DNA of 64,000 nt from a bacterium (GCA_963693055.1 OY843751.1:2720001-2784000), one strand, 5' to 3'. Shown: positions 40,539 to 50,301, counted from the stretch's first letter. Notes: generated by a model from the letters alone, not told the origin. Program-made: numbers and translations.

Positions 40539-42032
40539 ATGCGATTATACAAAATTCTGCTTTTACTTTCTTTATTGTTTTTGGCAGCAATAGCGATAAT
40601 TATGCACAGCCGCTTTATAGATGATGCTTATATTGGCTTTCAAGTCGTTAAAAATGCCTTACTTGGAAATGGATGGGTTTTTAATGCTTGTGAAAGGGTA
40701 GAAGCTGTAACGAACATTGGCTGGTTATTGATTTTGTATCCTTTATCTATTTTGTTTCCGGTTACATTGATTGCCAAGATATTGAATACAATTTGTATCC
40801 TTGCTACCATTATCATTTTGTTCAAAATTCTGAAATCCTTAACAAATAACAATTGGGCATCGTGGTTTACTTTATTGGTTGTCATTAATTTTGATTATAT
40901 ATTCTTTTCCCTTGGGGGAATGGAAACCGCATTTTTATCCTTATTATTAAGCATTTTGGTACTCATAGTTTGTAAGGAAAAAAACACATATATCATCCCT
41001 ATAATTTTAGCCTATGCTTTTTTTGTAAGGCCGGAAACAATTGTTATTTATCCCATTACTATTGTAATCTTGCTCACCTTAAACAGGGCTTTATGGAAAA
41101 AGCATCTGTTACAATTTTTATTATTTATAATTTTGATCAGTTTTGGCCAAGTCATGCGCTATTTGTATTATGGTAACTGGTTACCCAATACTTTTTTGTC
41201 CAAACCGGGACAATCGTTGGCCCACATCTTAGAAAAGATTGGCAGATATGGTTTCCATTTACCCAATATTTCAACTCCTTTTTCTGAAATTTTGCTGGTT
41301 CTATTGGTCATTATTGGAATTCTTTCTATACCTAAAAAATTCATTTATTTAAAAGCATTATCTGTTGCTATTACAACTTGTGCGTATTTATTTGCGTTAT
41401 ATGCACCCACAGACTGGACAAGAACAGGACGTTATTTTGCACCCTACGTTCCTTTTATGACTATGCTTGCTGTGTTGGGATTTTTTTACATTTACAAGAA
41501 TCTGGTCAAGAATCTTGAATCCGTATTTCAAAGTAATATACATCTGATTTCAGGAGCAGTTTTATCTCTTTATATTATAATTGCATCATTGTCGTTCTTG
41601 GGCTATTTTAATAAAATTAATCTGGAAACATATCCCAATTTTGTTATGACAAGTAAAAACTTGACTGAACCTGCAAAATGGATTAAAGAGAATACTTCTT
41701 CCGATGCAGTTATTGCAACAAGACGGATTGGAGCTTTGGCATACTACTCGGATCGATATATTTTTGATTTTACGTATGGACTACCAAATCGGGACGTTGC
41801 ATCAATCATTCACAAAACCAAACGGCCCCATGATTCACCCAATGCAACTGCATTAAAAGAAATATGGACAGAAACATCTCCGGATTATATTTTAGAAGAT
41901 ACCCAGAAAATATTACCATTACTGGTAAAACCGGATACTCTTTACGTGCAAGGGGAAGTATTTACCATATTGAAAAAATTTCGACTCAACTCAAGTACAG
42001 ATTGGATTCTTTGCCAGAAAGTATCTGAATAA
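40539..42032 (+). CDS. Polytopic GT-C-fold glycosyltransferase-like membrane protein
   Basis: DDAYI..N...G.G.VFN..ERVE.T first loop; GMET, RPE, YYG.WLPNTF..K, DW...RY motifs. Confidence 0.7.
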   Translation: MRLYKILLLLSLLFLAAIAIIMHSRFIDDAYIGFQVVKNALLGNGWVFNACERVEAVTNIGWLLILYPLSILFPVTLIAKILNTICILATIIILFKILKSLTNNNWASWFTLLVVINFDYIFFSLGGMETAFLSLLLSILVLIVCKEKNTYIIPIILAYAFFVRPETIVIYPITIVILLTLNRALWKKHLLQFLLFIILISFGQVMRYLYYGNWLPNTFLSKPGQSLAHILEKIGRYGFHLPNISTPFSEILLVLLVIIGILSIPKKFIYLKALSVAITTCAYLFALYAPTDWTRTGRYFAPYVPFMTMLAVLGFFYIYKNLVKNLESVFQSNIHLISGAVLSLYIIIASLSFLGYFNKINLETYPNFVMTSKNLTEPAKWIKENTSSDAVIATRRIGALAYYSDRYIFDFTYGLPNRDVASIIHKTKRPHDSPNATALKEIWTETSPDYILEDTQKILPLLVKPDTLYVQGEVFTILKKFRLNSSTDWILCQKVSE

Positions 42033-42070
42033 CGCTAAAAGTGAGCACAAAGTAGGGGATAGATACAAAA

Positions 42071-42246
42071 ATCCCTGTAACAGGAGCAGCATTAAAAGAA
42101 CCCTTTCGTCACAGTGGGCACCGCCTTACCGTTTTTTACTTCCACTGAACACTTCCGAAGAAGCGGAGGCATGTAATACACAGCTAGAGCTAAGCTCCCA
42201 ATACAAAGGTGTTGGTTCTTTATAACTAACCACCTGTAACAGGGAC
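42071..42246 (-). ncRNA. ssrS: 6S RNA
   Basis: ~176-nt intergenic element; complementary ends (UCCCUGUUACAGG/CCUGUUACAGGGA); AAAGAACC/GGUUCUUU and UGGGAGC/GUGCCCA helices around an A/U-rich central bubble; own promoter. Confidence 0.8.
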
Positions 42247-42252
42247 ATAATA

Positions 42253-42281
42253 AAGTTGGCAATTATCGTGCTAAAAGTCAA
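42253..42281 (-). promoter_or_regulatory. Sigma-70 promoter of the 6S RNA
   Basis: Minus strand TTGACT-N17-CAACTT with TG extension, 6 nt before the G at 42246. Confidence 0.55.
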
Positions 42282-42416
42282 GTTAATTATTAGATATTTT
42301 AAAATATTTATATCATACCAAAATCATATAACGGGATTTTCTAATTTTCTCAAACTTGTTCTTTTTTTTATTGCTTTATGTTTATGTATTATATAATTTA
42401 CAAAAAAAAGAGTTTG

Positions 42417-43718
42417 ATGATGAAATCTAAAAGATTTATTTATTTTATTCTTTTCACTATCCTTTTTTCATCACATTTATTATTGCCTGCTCAAAATCAG
42501 GTGTTGAAAATTATAATCAATGGGGATATTAATCCTGTTTCTGCACAATATATAATCAAGCATATACAAAAAGCTGAAATCGAAAACTTTGAATGTCTGT
42601 TAATTGAAATGGATACACCAGGTGGATTGCTGCCATCAACACAAGACATTGTCAAAGAAATTCTTGCAGCAAATGTACCTGTGGTTATGTATATCGCACC
42701 AAGCGGTGCTGGTGCTGTTTCAGCCGGGGCATTTATTACGCTCTCTTGTCATATTGCAGCTATGGCTGAAGGCACCAATATTGGTGCTGCTCATCCAGTA
42801 AATTTGATGGGTGGGCAAGACACATCCAAAGTTATGGGTGATAAAGTTACCAATTACACAGCAACCTGGGCAAGAACCATAGCAGAAAAGCGTGGTAGGA
42901 ATGCCGATTGGGCAGAGGCTGCTGTTCGCGAAAGCAGTTCAATAAATGAAAAAGACGCTCTTGCTAAAAATGTTATAGACCTGATAGCTAATAATCAGGA
43001 ACAGCTACTTGAACGTATTGATGGACGGAACATTGATCTTGAAAATGGTGAACAAAAAACATTACATACACAACATGCTGATGTCATTACATTAGAAATG
43101 AATTGGCGATACAAAATTTTAAATCGTCTTTCAAGTCCCAATATAGCGTATTTTTTAATGATTTTGGGATTTTATGGTATTTTATTCGAGTTGTCTAATC
43201 CTGGCTCCATATTGCCGGGCGTCTTGGGTGGTATTTTTCTAATTCTTGCATTTTTTGCATTACAAACTTTACCGGTAAGAACTGCTGGAATTGTATTAAT
43301 TCTGTTCTCATTGGTTCTGTTTATCGCCGAGCTCAAAGTATCAAGTTTTGGAATATTAACAATAGGTGGTATAGTAGCTATGTTTTTAGGTTCAATAATG
43401 CTTTTTGACCAGGCTCCGGGCTTTCCTGTAATGGTTGACTGGAAATTAGCCTTCACAATTGCACTTTCAACAGCAGCTTTTTTTGTATTTGCTTTGGGAA
43501 AAGCGGTTCAAGCCAGATTAACAAAACCCACTACAGGCAAAGAAGGATTAATTGGAGAGATAGGTGTAGCAGCATCGGCCATAAATACAGAAGGTCAGAT
43601 ATTAATTCATGGTGAAATCTGGAGAGCAGAGTCTGATGAAAAAATTAAAAAAGGTGATAAAGTTATTGTAAAGAGAATTAAAGGCCTGACATGTCAAATT
43701 GAAAAATTTAATCAATAA
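42417..43718 (+). CDS. nfeD: NfeD long form (ClpP-like serine protease, TM region, OB domain)
   Basis: [47 protein letters not shown]. Confidence 0.92.
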   Translation: MMKSKRFIYFILFTILFSSHLLLPAQNQVLKIIINGDINPVSAQYIIKHIQKAEIENFECLLIEMDTPGGLLPSTQDIVKEILAANVPVVMYIAPSGAGAVSAGAFITLSCHIAAMAEGTNIGAAHPVNLMGGQDTSKVMGDKVTNYTATWARTIAEKRGRNADWAEAAVRESSSINEKDALAKNVIDLIANNQEQLLERIDGRNIDLENGEQKTLHTQHADVITLEMNWRYKILNRLSSPNIAYFLMILGFYGILFELSNPGSILPGVLGGIFLILAFFALQTLPVRTAGIVLILFSLVLFIAELKVSSFGILTIGGIVAMFLGSIMLFDQAPGFPVMVDWKLAFTIALSTAAFFVFALGKAVQARLTKPTTGKEGLIGEIGVAASAINTEGQILIHGEIWRAESDEKIKKGDKVIVKRIKGLTCQIEKFNQ

Positions 43719-43747
43719 ATTCATTCCATCCTGGAGGAGGAAATGTT

Positions 43748-44503
43748 ATGCAGCCCTTAATCGTTATTTTTGTTTTATTGGTATTGTTGCTTTCAAGTGC
43801 TGTCAAGGTTTTTCGTGAATATGAGCGAGGAGTTATTTTTCGATTAGGCCGTCTGGTAGGAGACAAGGGACCAGGAATTTTCTTTGTAATTCCAATTGTT
43901 GACCGTGTTGTCAAGGTCAGCCTGAGAATCATCACATTAGACGTTCCTACACAAGATATTATTACCAAAGACAATGTTTCCATTAAAGTTAATGCTGTTA
44001 TTTTGTACAGGGTATTGGATCCCAGCCGTGCAATTGTTGAAGTTGAAGATTTTCTTTATGCAACTTCACAACTTGCCCAAACAACATTGCGAAGCATATT
44101 GGGTCAGGCAGAGTTGGATGAATTGTTGTCGGAAAGAGATAAAATAAATCATGAATTGCAAAAAATTATTGATCAACAAACAGATCCATGGGGTATCAAA
44201 GTAGTAACAGTTGAAGTCAAACACGTTGATCTCCCCTTGGATATGCAGCGGGCCATGGCAAAACAGGCAGAAGCCGAACGTGAAAGACGGGCTAAAATCA
44301 TTCATGCCAAGGGTGAATTTCAAGCTGCAGAAACGCTGGCCAGTGCAGCAGAGATTATTGCCAAGCACCCGCAGGCGTTGCAGTTGAGGTATCTGCAAAC
44401 ATTGTCTGAAATAGCTTCCGAGAACAATTCTACAACAATTTTCCCTTTACCCATCGATATGATGAAGCCCTTTTTTAACATGAACAATGATTATAACAAA
44501 TAA
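43748..44503 (+). CDS. Slipin/stomatin SPFH protein
   Basis: [48 protein letters not shown]; RBS GGAGG; usual nfeD partner. Confidence 0.95.
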   Translation: MQPLIVIFVLLVLLLSSAVKVFREYERGVIFRLGRLVGDKGPGIFFVIPIVDRVVKVSLRIITLDVPTQDIITKDNVSIKVNAVILYRVLDPSRAIVEVEDFLYATSQLAQTTLRSILGQAELDELLSERDKINHELQKIIDQQTDPWGIKVVTVEVKHVDLPLDMQRAMAKQAEAERERRAKIIHAKGEFQAAETLASAAEIIAKHPQALQLRYLQTLSEIASENNSTTIFPLPIDMMKPFFNMNNDYNK

Positions 44504-44531
44504 AAAAAAACGGATTTTTATCCGCTTTTTT
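44504..44531 (+). terminator. Rho-independent terminator
   Basis: A-run, CGGAT-TTTT-ATCCG, CTTTTTT. Confidence 0.65.
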
Positions 44532-44586
44532 GAATACATTTTCACTTTGATGCATCTAAATTAGATAACTAACAATGGAGACGTAC

Positions 44587-44763
44587 GTGGATAACGATAC
44601 AGTACAGCTAATTTTATTTTTCGTCATTTGGATCGCATTACAAAAATATATTTTCCCTAAATTGGGTATTCCTACTTGAATGTCCGGGGCCTGCGATCTT
44701 CCGGCGGAAGATGAGAAAAAAGTAAAATACAAAGATGTAAACCTTTTAGAGGAAAAAGAATAG
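44587..44763 (+). CDS. Probable small membrane selenoprotein, 58 aa (UGA 44677-44679 read as Sec)
   Basis: RBS GGAG 6 nt before GTG; MDNDTVQLILFFVIWIALQKYIFPKLGIPT-U-MSGACDLPAEDEKKVKYKDVNLLEEKE; TAG 1 nt before the next ATG; downstream hairpin. Confidence 0.65.
44696..44712 (+). promoter_or_regulatory. Putative bacterial SECIS hairpin
   Basis: ATCTTCC-GGC-GGAAGAT; loop G 24 nt after the UGA. Confidence 0.55.
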
Positions 44764-44764
44764 T

Positions 44765-44992
44765 ATGCCTATCTATGAGTACAGATGCAACGCGTGTGGA
44801 CATGTTTTTGAAGAGTTTCAAAATATTGGTGCCAGTGGAAAGGACTTGGATTGTCCTTCTTGTGGTTCACCGGCTCCAGACAAACTATTTTCAGCATTTG
44901 CTTCGAGTGGAAATGGTGGTACAAGTTTCTCAACCGGCAGTTCAAGTGCTGGTTCATCTGGCTGCAGCAGTGGTTTTGGTTGAGGTTTTTAA
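44765..44992 (+). CDS. FmdB-family zinc-ribbon protein, probable C-terminal selenocysteine (...CSSGFG-U-GF)
   Basis: MPIYEYRCNACG..F...CPSCGS; TGA 44981-44983 followed by GGT TTT TAA and a SECIS-like hairpin; ends at 44983 if UGA is a stop. Confidence 0.85.
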
Positions 44993-44994
44993 TA

Positions 44995-45011
44995 AAAGGC
45001 AGTTTGTCTTT
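44995..45011 (+). promoter_or_regulatory. Putative bacterial SECIS hairpin
   Basis: AAAGGCA-GTT-TGTCTTT; GU-starting loop 19 nt after the UGA. Confidence 0.6.
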
Positions 45012-45020
45012 AAATTGTAC

Positions 45021-45049
45021 TTGATTTTGTACATGTCTATTTATACATT
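45021..45049 (+). promoter_or_regulatory. Sigma-70 promoter for the CoADR-like operon
   Basis: TTGATT-N17-TACATT. Confidence 0.5.
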
Positions 45050-45051
45050 TG

Positions 45052-45078
45052 AACGGCAAGGTTAAACTTGCCGTTTTT
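45052..45078 (+). terminator. Rho-independent terminator
   Basis: AACGGCAAG-GTTAAA-CTTGCCGTT-TTT. Confidence 0.75.
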
Positions 45079-45098
45079 ATATGAATGCATGAGAAAAT

Positions 45099-46469
45099 AT
45101 GAAAAGAACAGCAAACAAAATAATTGTAATTGGAGGTAACGATTCCGGCCTAAGTGCTGCGGGTAGAGCAAAGCGATTGCAGCCGGACCTTGACATTACT
45201 GTGTTTGAACGTTCACCGCATATTGGCTATGCATCATGTGCACTTCCATATATGATTTCAGGGGCGATAACTACTCCTCAGCTTGCTGGTCATTCACCAC
45301 AGGAAATACGGGATAAAAGACAGTTAAATGTACATAATCATACTGCTGTAAATGCTATTAATACTTTAAAAAAAACTGTTATCGCTCAGGACTTGCAATC
45401 TGGCAATGTTCAGGAATTCAAGTACGACAAGCTTTTATTTGCCACAGGGGCAGATCCGGTAATTCCAACACCTTTAAATTCTAATCACAAGAATGTTTTT
45501 GTATTACGAAATTATAATGATGCTTTAAAGCTCAAATCGCATATGGATTCATACAATCCCAAAACAGCGGTTATTGTGGGTGGCAGTTATATTGGTATTG
45601 AAATGGCAGAGGCGCTATACCAAAAAGGATTAAATGTAACTGTAATTGATAAAGCCCCGCAATTATTCTCTGGGCTGGTTGAACCATTATCTAAAGATCT
45701 TCAAGCATTACTTGAATCAAAAGGTGTTAATTTTCTAATTAGCAACTCGATCCAGTCCTTAAATGAGGATAATGGTTTTGTAAAAAGTTTACAATTAGAA
45801 AAAAGCAAGATAGTAACTCCTGATATTATCATTGCTGCCGCAGGAATCAAGCCGGCCACTCGTATTGCAACCGATGCTGGTATACCTGTCGGACCTTCCG
45901 GAGCGTTGATCGTAAATGATTATATGCAAACTCGCAGGATGGATGTGTTTGCTGTTGGTGATTGTGTAGAGACCCGTAATCTGGTTACAAACAAAATGCA
46001 ATGGATTCCACTTGCAGGTATTGCTTCAAAACAAGGGCGCATAGCAGGAACGAATCTTGCAGGCAAACGTGAAGCATTCCCCGGAGCGCTAGGCACAGCA
46101 ATGATTAAGGCGTTTGGTGTAGAGTTTGGTTTAACGGGTTTAAATGTGCATCAGGCAAAACAAGCCGGATTCGACCCCGTTTTATCAAGCATAAATCACA
46201 AAAACAAGCCGCCATATGTCTCGGGTTCAGCAGATGTATCTGTTCATTTAATAACCGATCGTAAATCAAGCAGGATATTGGGTGGTCAGGTTTGGGGAAC
46301 AAACGACGCTGCAATGCGTCTAAATATACTGGCCGTTGCTATAACAGCCGGGATGAAATCACGAGATCTGGAATTTATGGATTTTGGTTATACACCCATG
46401 ATCTCGAATATTTGGGAACCTTTGTCAGTTGCTGGCAATCGTGCACAAAAAAATGAGGTAATAAAATGA
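45099..46469 (+). CDS. CoA-disulfide reductase / NADH oxidase-peroxidase family flavoprotein
   Basis: N-terminal FAD fold, single-Cys YASCALPY, ATGA, GGSYIGIE, FAVGDC, dimerisation domain YTP. Confidence 0.88.
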   Translation: MKRTANKIIVIGGNDSGLSAAGRAKRLQPDLDITVFERSPHIGYASCALPYMISGAITTPQLAGHSPQEIRDKRQLNVHNHTAVNAINTLKKTVIAQDLQSGNVQEFKYDKLLFATGADPVIPTPLNSNHKNVFVLRNYNDALKLKSHMDSYNPKTAVIVGGSYIGIEMAEALYQKGLNVTVIDKAPQLFSGLVEPLSKDLQALLESKGVNFLISNSIQSLNEDNGFVKSLQLEKSKIVTPDIIIAAAGIKPATRIATDAGIPVGPSGALIVNDYMQTRRMDVFAVGDCVETRNLVTNKMQWIPLAGIASKQGRIAGTNLAGKREAFPGALGTAMIKAFGVEFGLTGLNVHQAKQAGFDPVLSSINHKNKPPYVSGSADVSVHLITDRKSSRILGGQVWGTNDAAMRLNILAVAITAGMKSRDLEFMDFGYTPMISNIWEPLSVAGNRAQKNEVIK

Positions 46470-46669
46470 AGAGAAATATTGTAAAAATGAGTATAGGTGC
46501 CGCAATTGGAGGTGCACTTGGCTTTGCTTATTATTATTTTATTGGATGTAAATCCGGTAGTTGTCCATTAACCGGAAATCCTTATATAAGTTCACTTTAT
46601 GGTGCAGCTATGGGATTATTATTAACCATGCCTGGTACCAAAAGGACTGAAACTAATCAAGAATCATAA
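46466..46669 (+). CDS. DUF6132-like small membrane protein
   Basis: GG.LGFAYYYFIGCKSGSCPLT.NPY.S.LYGA.MG. Confidence 0.8.
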   Translation: MKRNIVKMSIGAAIGGALGFAYYYFIGCKSGSCPLTGNPYISSLYGAAMGLLLTMPGTKRTETNQES

Positions 46670-46691
46670 TATTTGAACAACAGAGGAGAGT

Positions 46692-47819
46692 ATGCGGAAT
46701 TTATCTATCCTGATTATTTTGGTTTTATATGTCGTACCGGTTACTATTGCACAAAACATTTCTACTGTTCAGGATTGTAATTCCTGTCATACGCAAACTT
46801 TTAAACAATGGTCTAAATCGAGGCATGCCAAATCTGCAGCTGTTAACAGTCCCATCTACAAAGCAATGCTCAATACCCGTACAACTGAGAATATTAAAGC
46901 GTGTCAAACATGTCATGAACCCGTTGCCGCACTTGATCAAACCGGATTTGTTTCAAAATCACTGGTAAATCAAGGCGTAAATTGCGATGTATGTCATGCT
47001 TTCAAAGTTGAAGAAAAACATAAAAAATTAGAATTTGTTCCAGTAGAGGGTAATAAAAAGCTGGGTCCTTATGATGATGCAATTTCAACTATGCACCAGC
47101 ACGAATATTCAAAAGTTCTGAGTGATTCAAAATCATGCATTGTGTGTCATAATAACCGGCAAAATCCTCATGGAGTAGGTTTTATTGATACGGAAGCTGA
47201 ATGGAAAAAATCAGAATATTATAAAAATGATATAGAATGTCAGGATTGCCACCTTCCCGCAATTAGCGGTAAAACAGCTGAACTCGGAAAAATTCGTGAT
47301 AAAGTTTACAGCCATCGATTTTGGGGTGGTTTTAACAAAGAAATGATCCAAAACAGCATTTCTCTTGATCTGGATGTTAATAAAGTTGGCAATCAATTTG
47401 AGTTATTGGCAACTTTGGAGAATTTAACCGCAGGTCACAATATACCAACCGGTTCACCTTTGCGGATGCTCGTGCTTTTAATAGAAGCTCATGATGATCT
47501 TGGCCAAACTGTATGGAAAAATTACTATTATAATCCCATTAAAGAGTCACCCAAGTCAGTATTTATGAAATTGCTAAAAAATGGTAACGGAGAAAGTCCT
47601 GCCTTTCCATGGGAAGCAGCAGGAGAGGTTTTTGACAGCCGCCTTGAACCCCAAAAAGAGAAAATTGTCAAATATCAAATACCTGCCGCAAATATACAAT
47701 CTATTAAAGCAACCCTTGAATACCATATTGCTCCACCACCATTATTGAGAATTATGGGAATTGTGGACGATGATTTTAAAAGCAAGCCAATTGCAACTGC
47801 ATTTTATCGGATCGACTAG
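46692..47819 (+). CDS. Periplasmic pentaheme c-type cytochrome (c554-like N-domain)
   Basis: Signal peptide; CNSCH, CQTCH, CDVCH, CIVCH, CQDCH; W..SRHA; AGHNIPTG. Confidence 0.9.
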   Translation: MRNLSILIILVLYVVPVTIAQNISTVQDCNSCHTQTFKQWSKSRHAKSAAVNSPIYKAMLNTRTTENIKACQTCHEPVAALDQTGFVSKSLVNQGVNCDVCHAFKVEEKHKKLEFVPVEGNKKLGPYDDAISTMHQHEYSKVLSDSKSCIVCHNNRQNPHGVGFIDTEAEWKKSEYYKNDIECQDCHLPAISGKTAELGKIRDKVYSHRFWGGFNKEMIQNSISLDLDVNKVGNQFELLATLENLTAGHNIPTGSPLRMLVLLIEAHDDLGQTVWKNYYYNPIKESPKSVFMKLLKNGNGESPAFPWEAAGEVFDSRLEPQKEKIVKYQIPAANIQSIKATLEYHIAPPPLLRIMGIVDDDFKSKPIATAFYRID

Positions 47820-47838
47820 TTTAAAAGTTGTAAATATT

Positions 47839-47872
47839 AAAAAAGCCCTTGAAATTCTTCAAGGGCTTTTTT
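47839..47872. terminator. Bidirectional terminator between convergent genes
   Basis: AAAAAAGCCCTTGAA-ATTC-TTCAAGGGCTTTTTT. Confidence 0.9.
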
Positions 47873-47876
47873 GTTT

Positions 47877-50249
47877 TTAATGACTCAGTTGTAACCTAAT
47901 GATAAAATTCCTTCCAGGCTCTATAGTAACTAAACCCCGGTTTGTTGATAAATGATTCCGATAGCTGTTGTTGGTTATGTTTTCTATTCCAGCGAGCAAA
48001 TAGCTTGTGAATGTTAACCAATGAAAATGATTCGTCCGAAGGTAGGCATTGTAATAAGCATAACCCTCAGTTTCAGTTTCCCAATCTGCAATTTGATCCT
48101 GTTTTCCATACAAGTTGGCTACCAATTCATAATTGATCAGCTTGAGACTACCGGTAGCGCCCAGCTTTCCATTAATTGGTGGTACAAGGGGAAGGGGAGT
48201 ATCGTTATATGTATCTTGTCCATGAACATACGCAACATTACCAAAGACAGAGAACAATCTATTAAAGGTATAGGCTGTTTGAGCTTCAATACCATACAAT
48301 TCAGCTTTACCAACATTGGTTTTATACAAGGCATTTTTACCCTCAAATGTTCCGGGTGATTCAACAACAAGATTAGTCATATTGTTATAAAACACATCTG
48401 TACTGAATGTAAAACGGTCCTTCCATATACGCAAACCCGCGTTTACAAAATTGCCCTGCTCCGGTTCAAGATCAGGATTACCAATCTTGACCAAACTTCC
48501 CTGATCTATATATTGATAGCGTTCTTCCAGGTATGGAGAGCGGAATGCTTTGCCCAGCGAAAGGGCAAGATCAAAATCAGGAAGCAAGTGATACAATAAC
48601 CCCAAATTGCCACTCCATGACTGATCACCAGCACTGGTTGCATTCCATAAAACGGTTTGATTAGCAGGAGCATCATTCCTTACGCCATCAACAATTTGGT
48701 ATAGAGGATTTAATACTTGCTCATTTTCAACATTTATTTTGTCATAGCGTCCGCCAATAGAAATATCCAGTTTTTTAGCTAATGTAAATTCATCCTGTGC
48801 ATAAACACCAATACTACGGTACCATGCATCAGGCAGTGGTTGTTCACCAACAACCTGAGAAATGCTTTTAATTATCGTATCATTAGGGCTTAATACATCT
48901 ATTCTTATATTTTTCTCTCTGTGACTGGAGAGGTCTTTTTGCCAGGCATCAATACCTGCAACCAGATGATTGTTTCCATTAAAAATCCAATCCGATTGAA
49001 GCTGAACGCCTTGCGTTTCATGTAATGCACCCGGTGTTACGCTCAGTACGTTGGCATTTTTTGCAGGTGAACCTTCAGAAGCAGGAATATGATTCACAAT
49101 ATAAGGCTCGTTTATAACTTCGCGTACAATATCCTGTTTGAAATATTTCAAAGAAAGACTAGAGAGTGCTTTGCGTTGAAAATGAGCGGTATATTTAGCG
49201 CTCAGCATTTCCCGTTCTTCTTCAGGATAGGTAACTGTAGCATTTGAAGGAAATACAGGATAGGCACCTGGGATTCCAACATCTTGCGCGTAAAATTTTT
49301 GATAATTGACGTTTATTTCATGATTGATGAATGGGCGAATTCCCAGCTTGACACTGGTATTTTCATCATGGAATTGTGAATTGGGGATTATGCCTTCAGG
49401 CGTATCCACATCATCGGCATTTCTGGCCATACCACTCAGACGCAAATACCACTTTGAAGCACCTGCTGTGATTGCCGCCTGGCCAATACCGCTGTTATTT
49501 ACACTTGAATAGCCACCTGTGAGTTGTTCTTTGATATAAAATTGATCGCTGTACCAGCCATTTTGTGTCAAAATGTTTACAACACCACCAATAGCACCGG
49601 TACCATAAAGTGAAGAGGCTGCACCTTTAATAACCTCTATTTGCTCAACATCATTTATGTCTATCATGGACATGGCTGCTGCCATATCAGTTGCGGTATC
49701 AACACGATTGCCGTCAATTAAAAATACAACATTATTTCGACTAAGACCACGCAAGGCAACATGGCTCCCCCAGGCGCCATCTTTGGAAATTGACAATCCG
49801 GGTTCACGATCCATTGCGTTTGAAATATCAATGGGTGAGGTTTCCTGAATTCGCTGCTTTCCTACAACACTCATGGGCTGTGCAACGTCTTTGATCTCTT
49901 TTTCATAGCGGGAAGAGGTTACAACAACCTGGCTGCCTGAAAGTGTTTCAGCTTTAAGCTGAATATCAAGCCTTATGTTTTTGGTTGTTTCTATTCTTAC
50001 TTTTTTGGTTTGTTTCTTGTAACCAATATGTGAAAATGTGATCTCGTACAATTCTCCGTTATCCAGAAAAAGTTCATAATCACCCTTGGTATTACTAATT
50101 GCACCCTTGTCACTATTCTGAATTTGAACATTTACATTTTTTAAAACCTGACCATTTTCCATATCTGTTATAGTGCCATCAAGTTTAACAGTTTGAGAAA
50201 ATACTATAGTGGAAAATACAACAATTATGAACACAATTAAGCGCTTCAT
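47877..50249 (-). CDS. TonB-dependent outer-membrane receptor with N-terminal carboxypeptidase-regulatory-like domain
   Basis: Signal peptide, FSHIGY, VVVTSSR, plug LRGL..IDG, IEVIKGAASSLYGTGAIGGVVN, NPDLEPE, PGRNF. Confidence 0.93.
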   Translation of the reverse strand: MKRLIVFIIVVFSTIVFSQTVKLDGTITDMENGQVLKNVNVQIQNSDKGAISNTKGDYELFLDNGELYEITFSHIGYKKQTKKVRIETTKNIRLDIQLKAETLSGSQVVVTSSRYEKEIKDVAQPMSVVGKQRIQETSPIDISNAMDREPGLSISKDGAWGSHVALRGLSRNNVVFLIDGNRVDTATDMAAAMSMIDINDVEQIEVIKGAASSLYGTGAIGGVVNILTQNGWYSDQFYIKEQLTGGYSSVNNSGIGQAAITAGASKWYLRLSGMARNADDVDTPEGIIPNSQFHDENTSVKLGIRPFINHEINVNYQKFYAQDVGIPGAYPVFPSNATVTYPEEEREMLSAKYTAHFQRKALSSLSLKYFKQDIVREVINEPYIVNHIPASEGSPAKNANVLSVTPGALHETQGVQLQSDWIFNGNNHLVAGIDAWQKDLSSHREKNIRIDVLSPNDTIIKSISQVVGEQPLPDAWYRSIGVYAQDEFTLAKKLDISIGGRYDKINVENEQVLNPLYQIVDGVRNDAPANQTVLWNATSAGDQSWSGNLGLLYHLLPDFDLALSLGKAFRSPYLEERYQYIDQGSLVKIGNPDLEPEQGNFVNAGLRIWKDRFTFSTDVFYNNMTNLVVESPGTFEGKNALYKTNVGKAELYGIEAQTAYTFNRLFSVFGNVAYVHGQDTYNDTPLPLVPPINGKLGATGSLKLINYELVANLYGKQDQIADWETETEGYAYYNAYLRTNHFHWLTFTSYLLAGIENITNNSYRNHLSTNRGLVTIEPGRNFIIRLQLSH

Positions 50250-50301
50250 GAGAGAGTTCCTTTCATAAATGTAAAAAAAATTTCAATTTTAATAATTACG
50301 G

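Noticed and set aside
42074-42243. 11-bp direct repeat CCTGTAACAGG as a target-site duplication or MITE ends
   Set aside because: Better explained as the closing stem of a 6S RNA with internal 6S-like helices and a promoter; no transposase
44530-44566. ECF-like promoter and ATCTAA-A-TTAGAT palindrome before the selenoprotein pair
   Set aside because: Plausible but too short and AT-rich to support as a feature without comparative data
44680-44763. Separate 27-aa ORF starting at the ATG right after the UGA
   Set aside because: No RBS; Sec readthrough with a SECIS-like hairpin is more parsimonious, though reinitiation is not excluded
44775-45065. ORF-track 96-aa ORFs on both strands over fmdB
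   Set aside because: Shadow frames without motifs; the FmdB frame has an RBS and clear family signature
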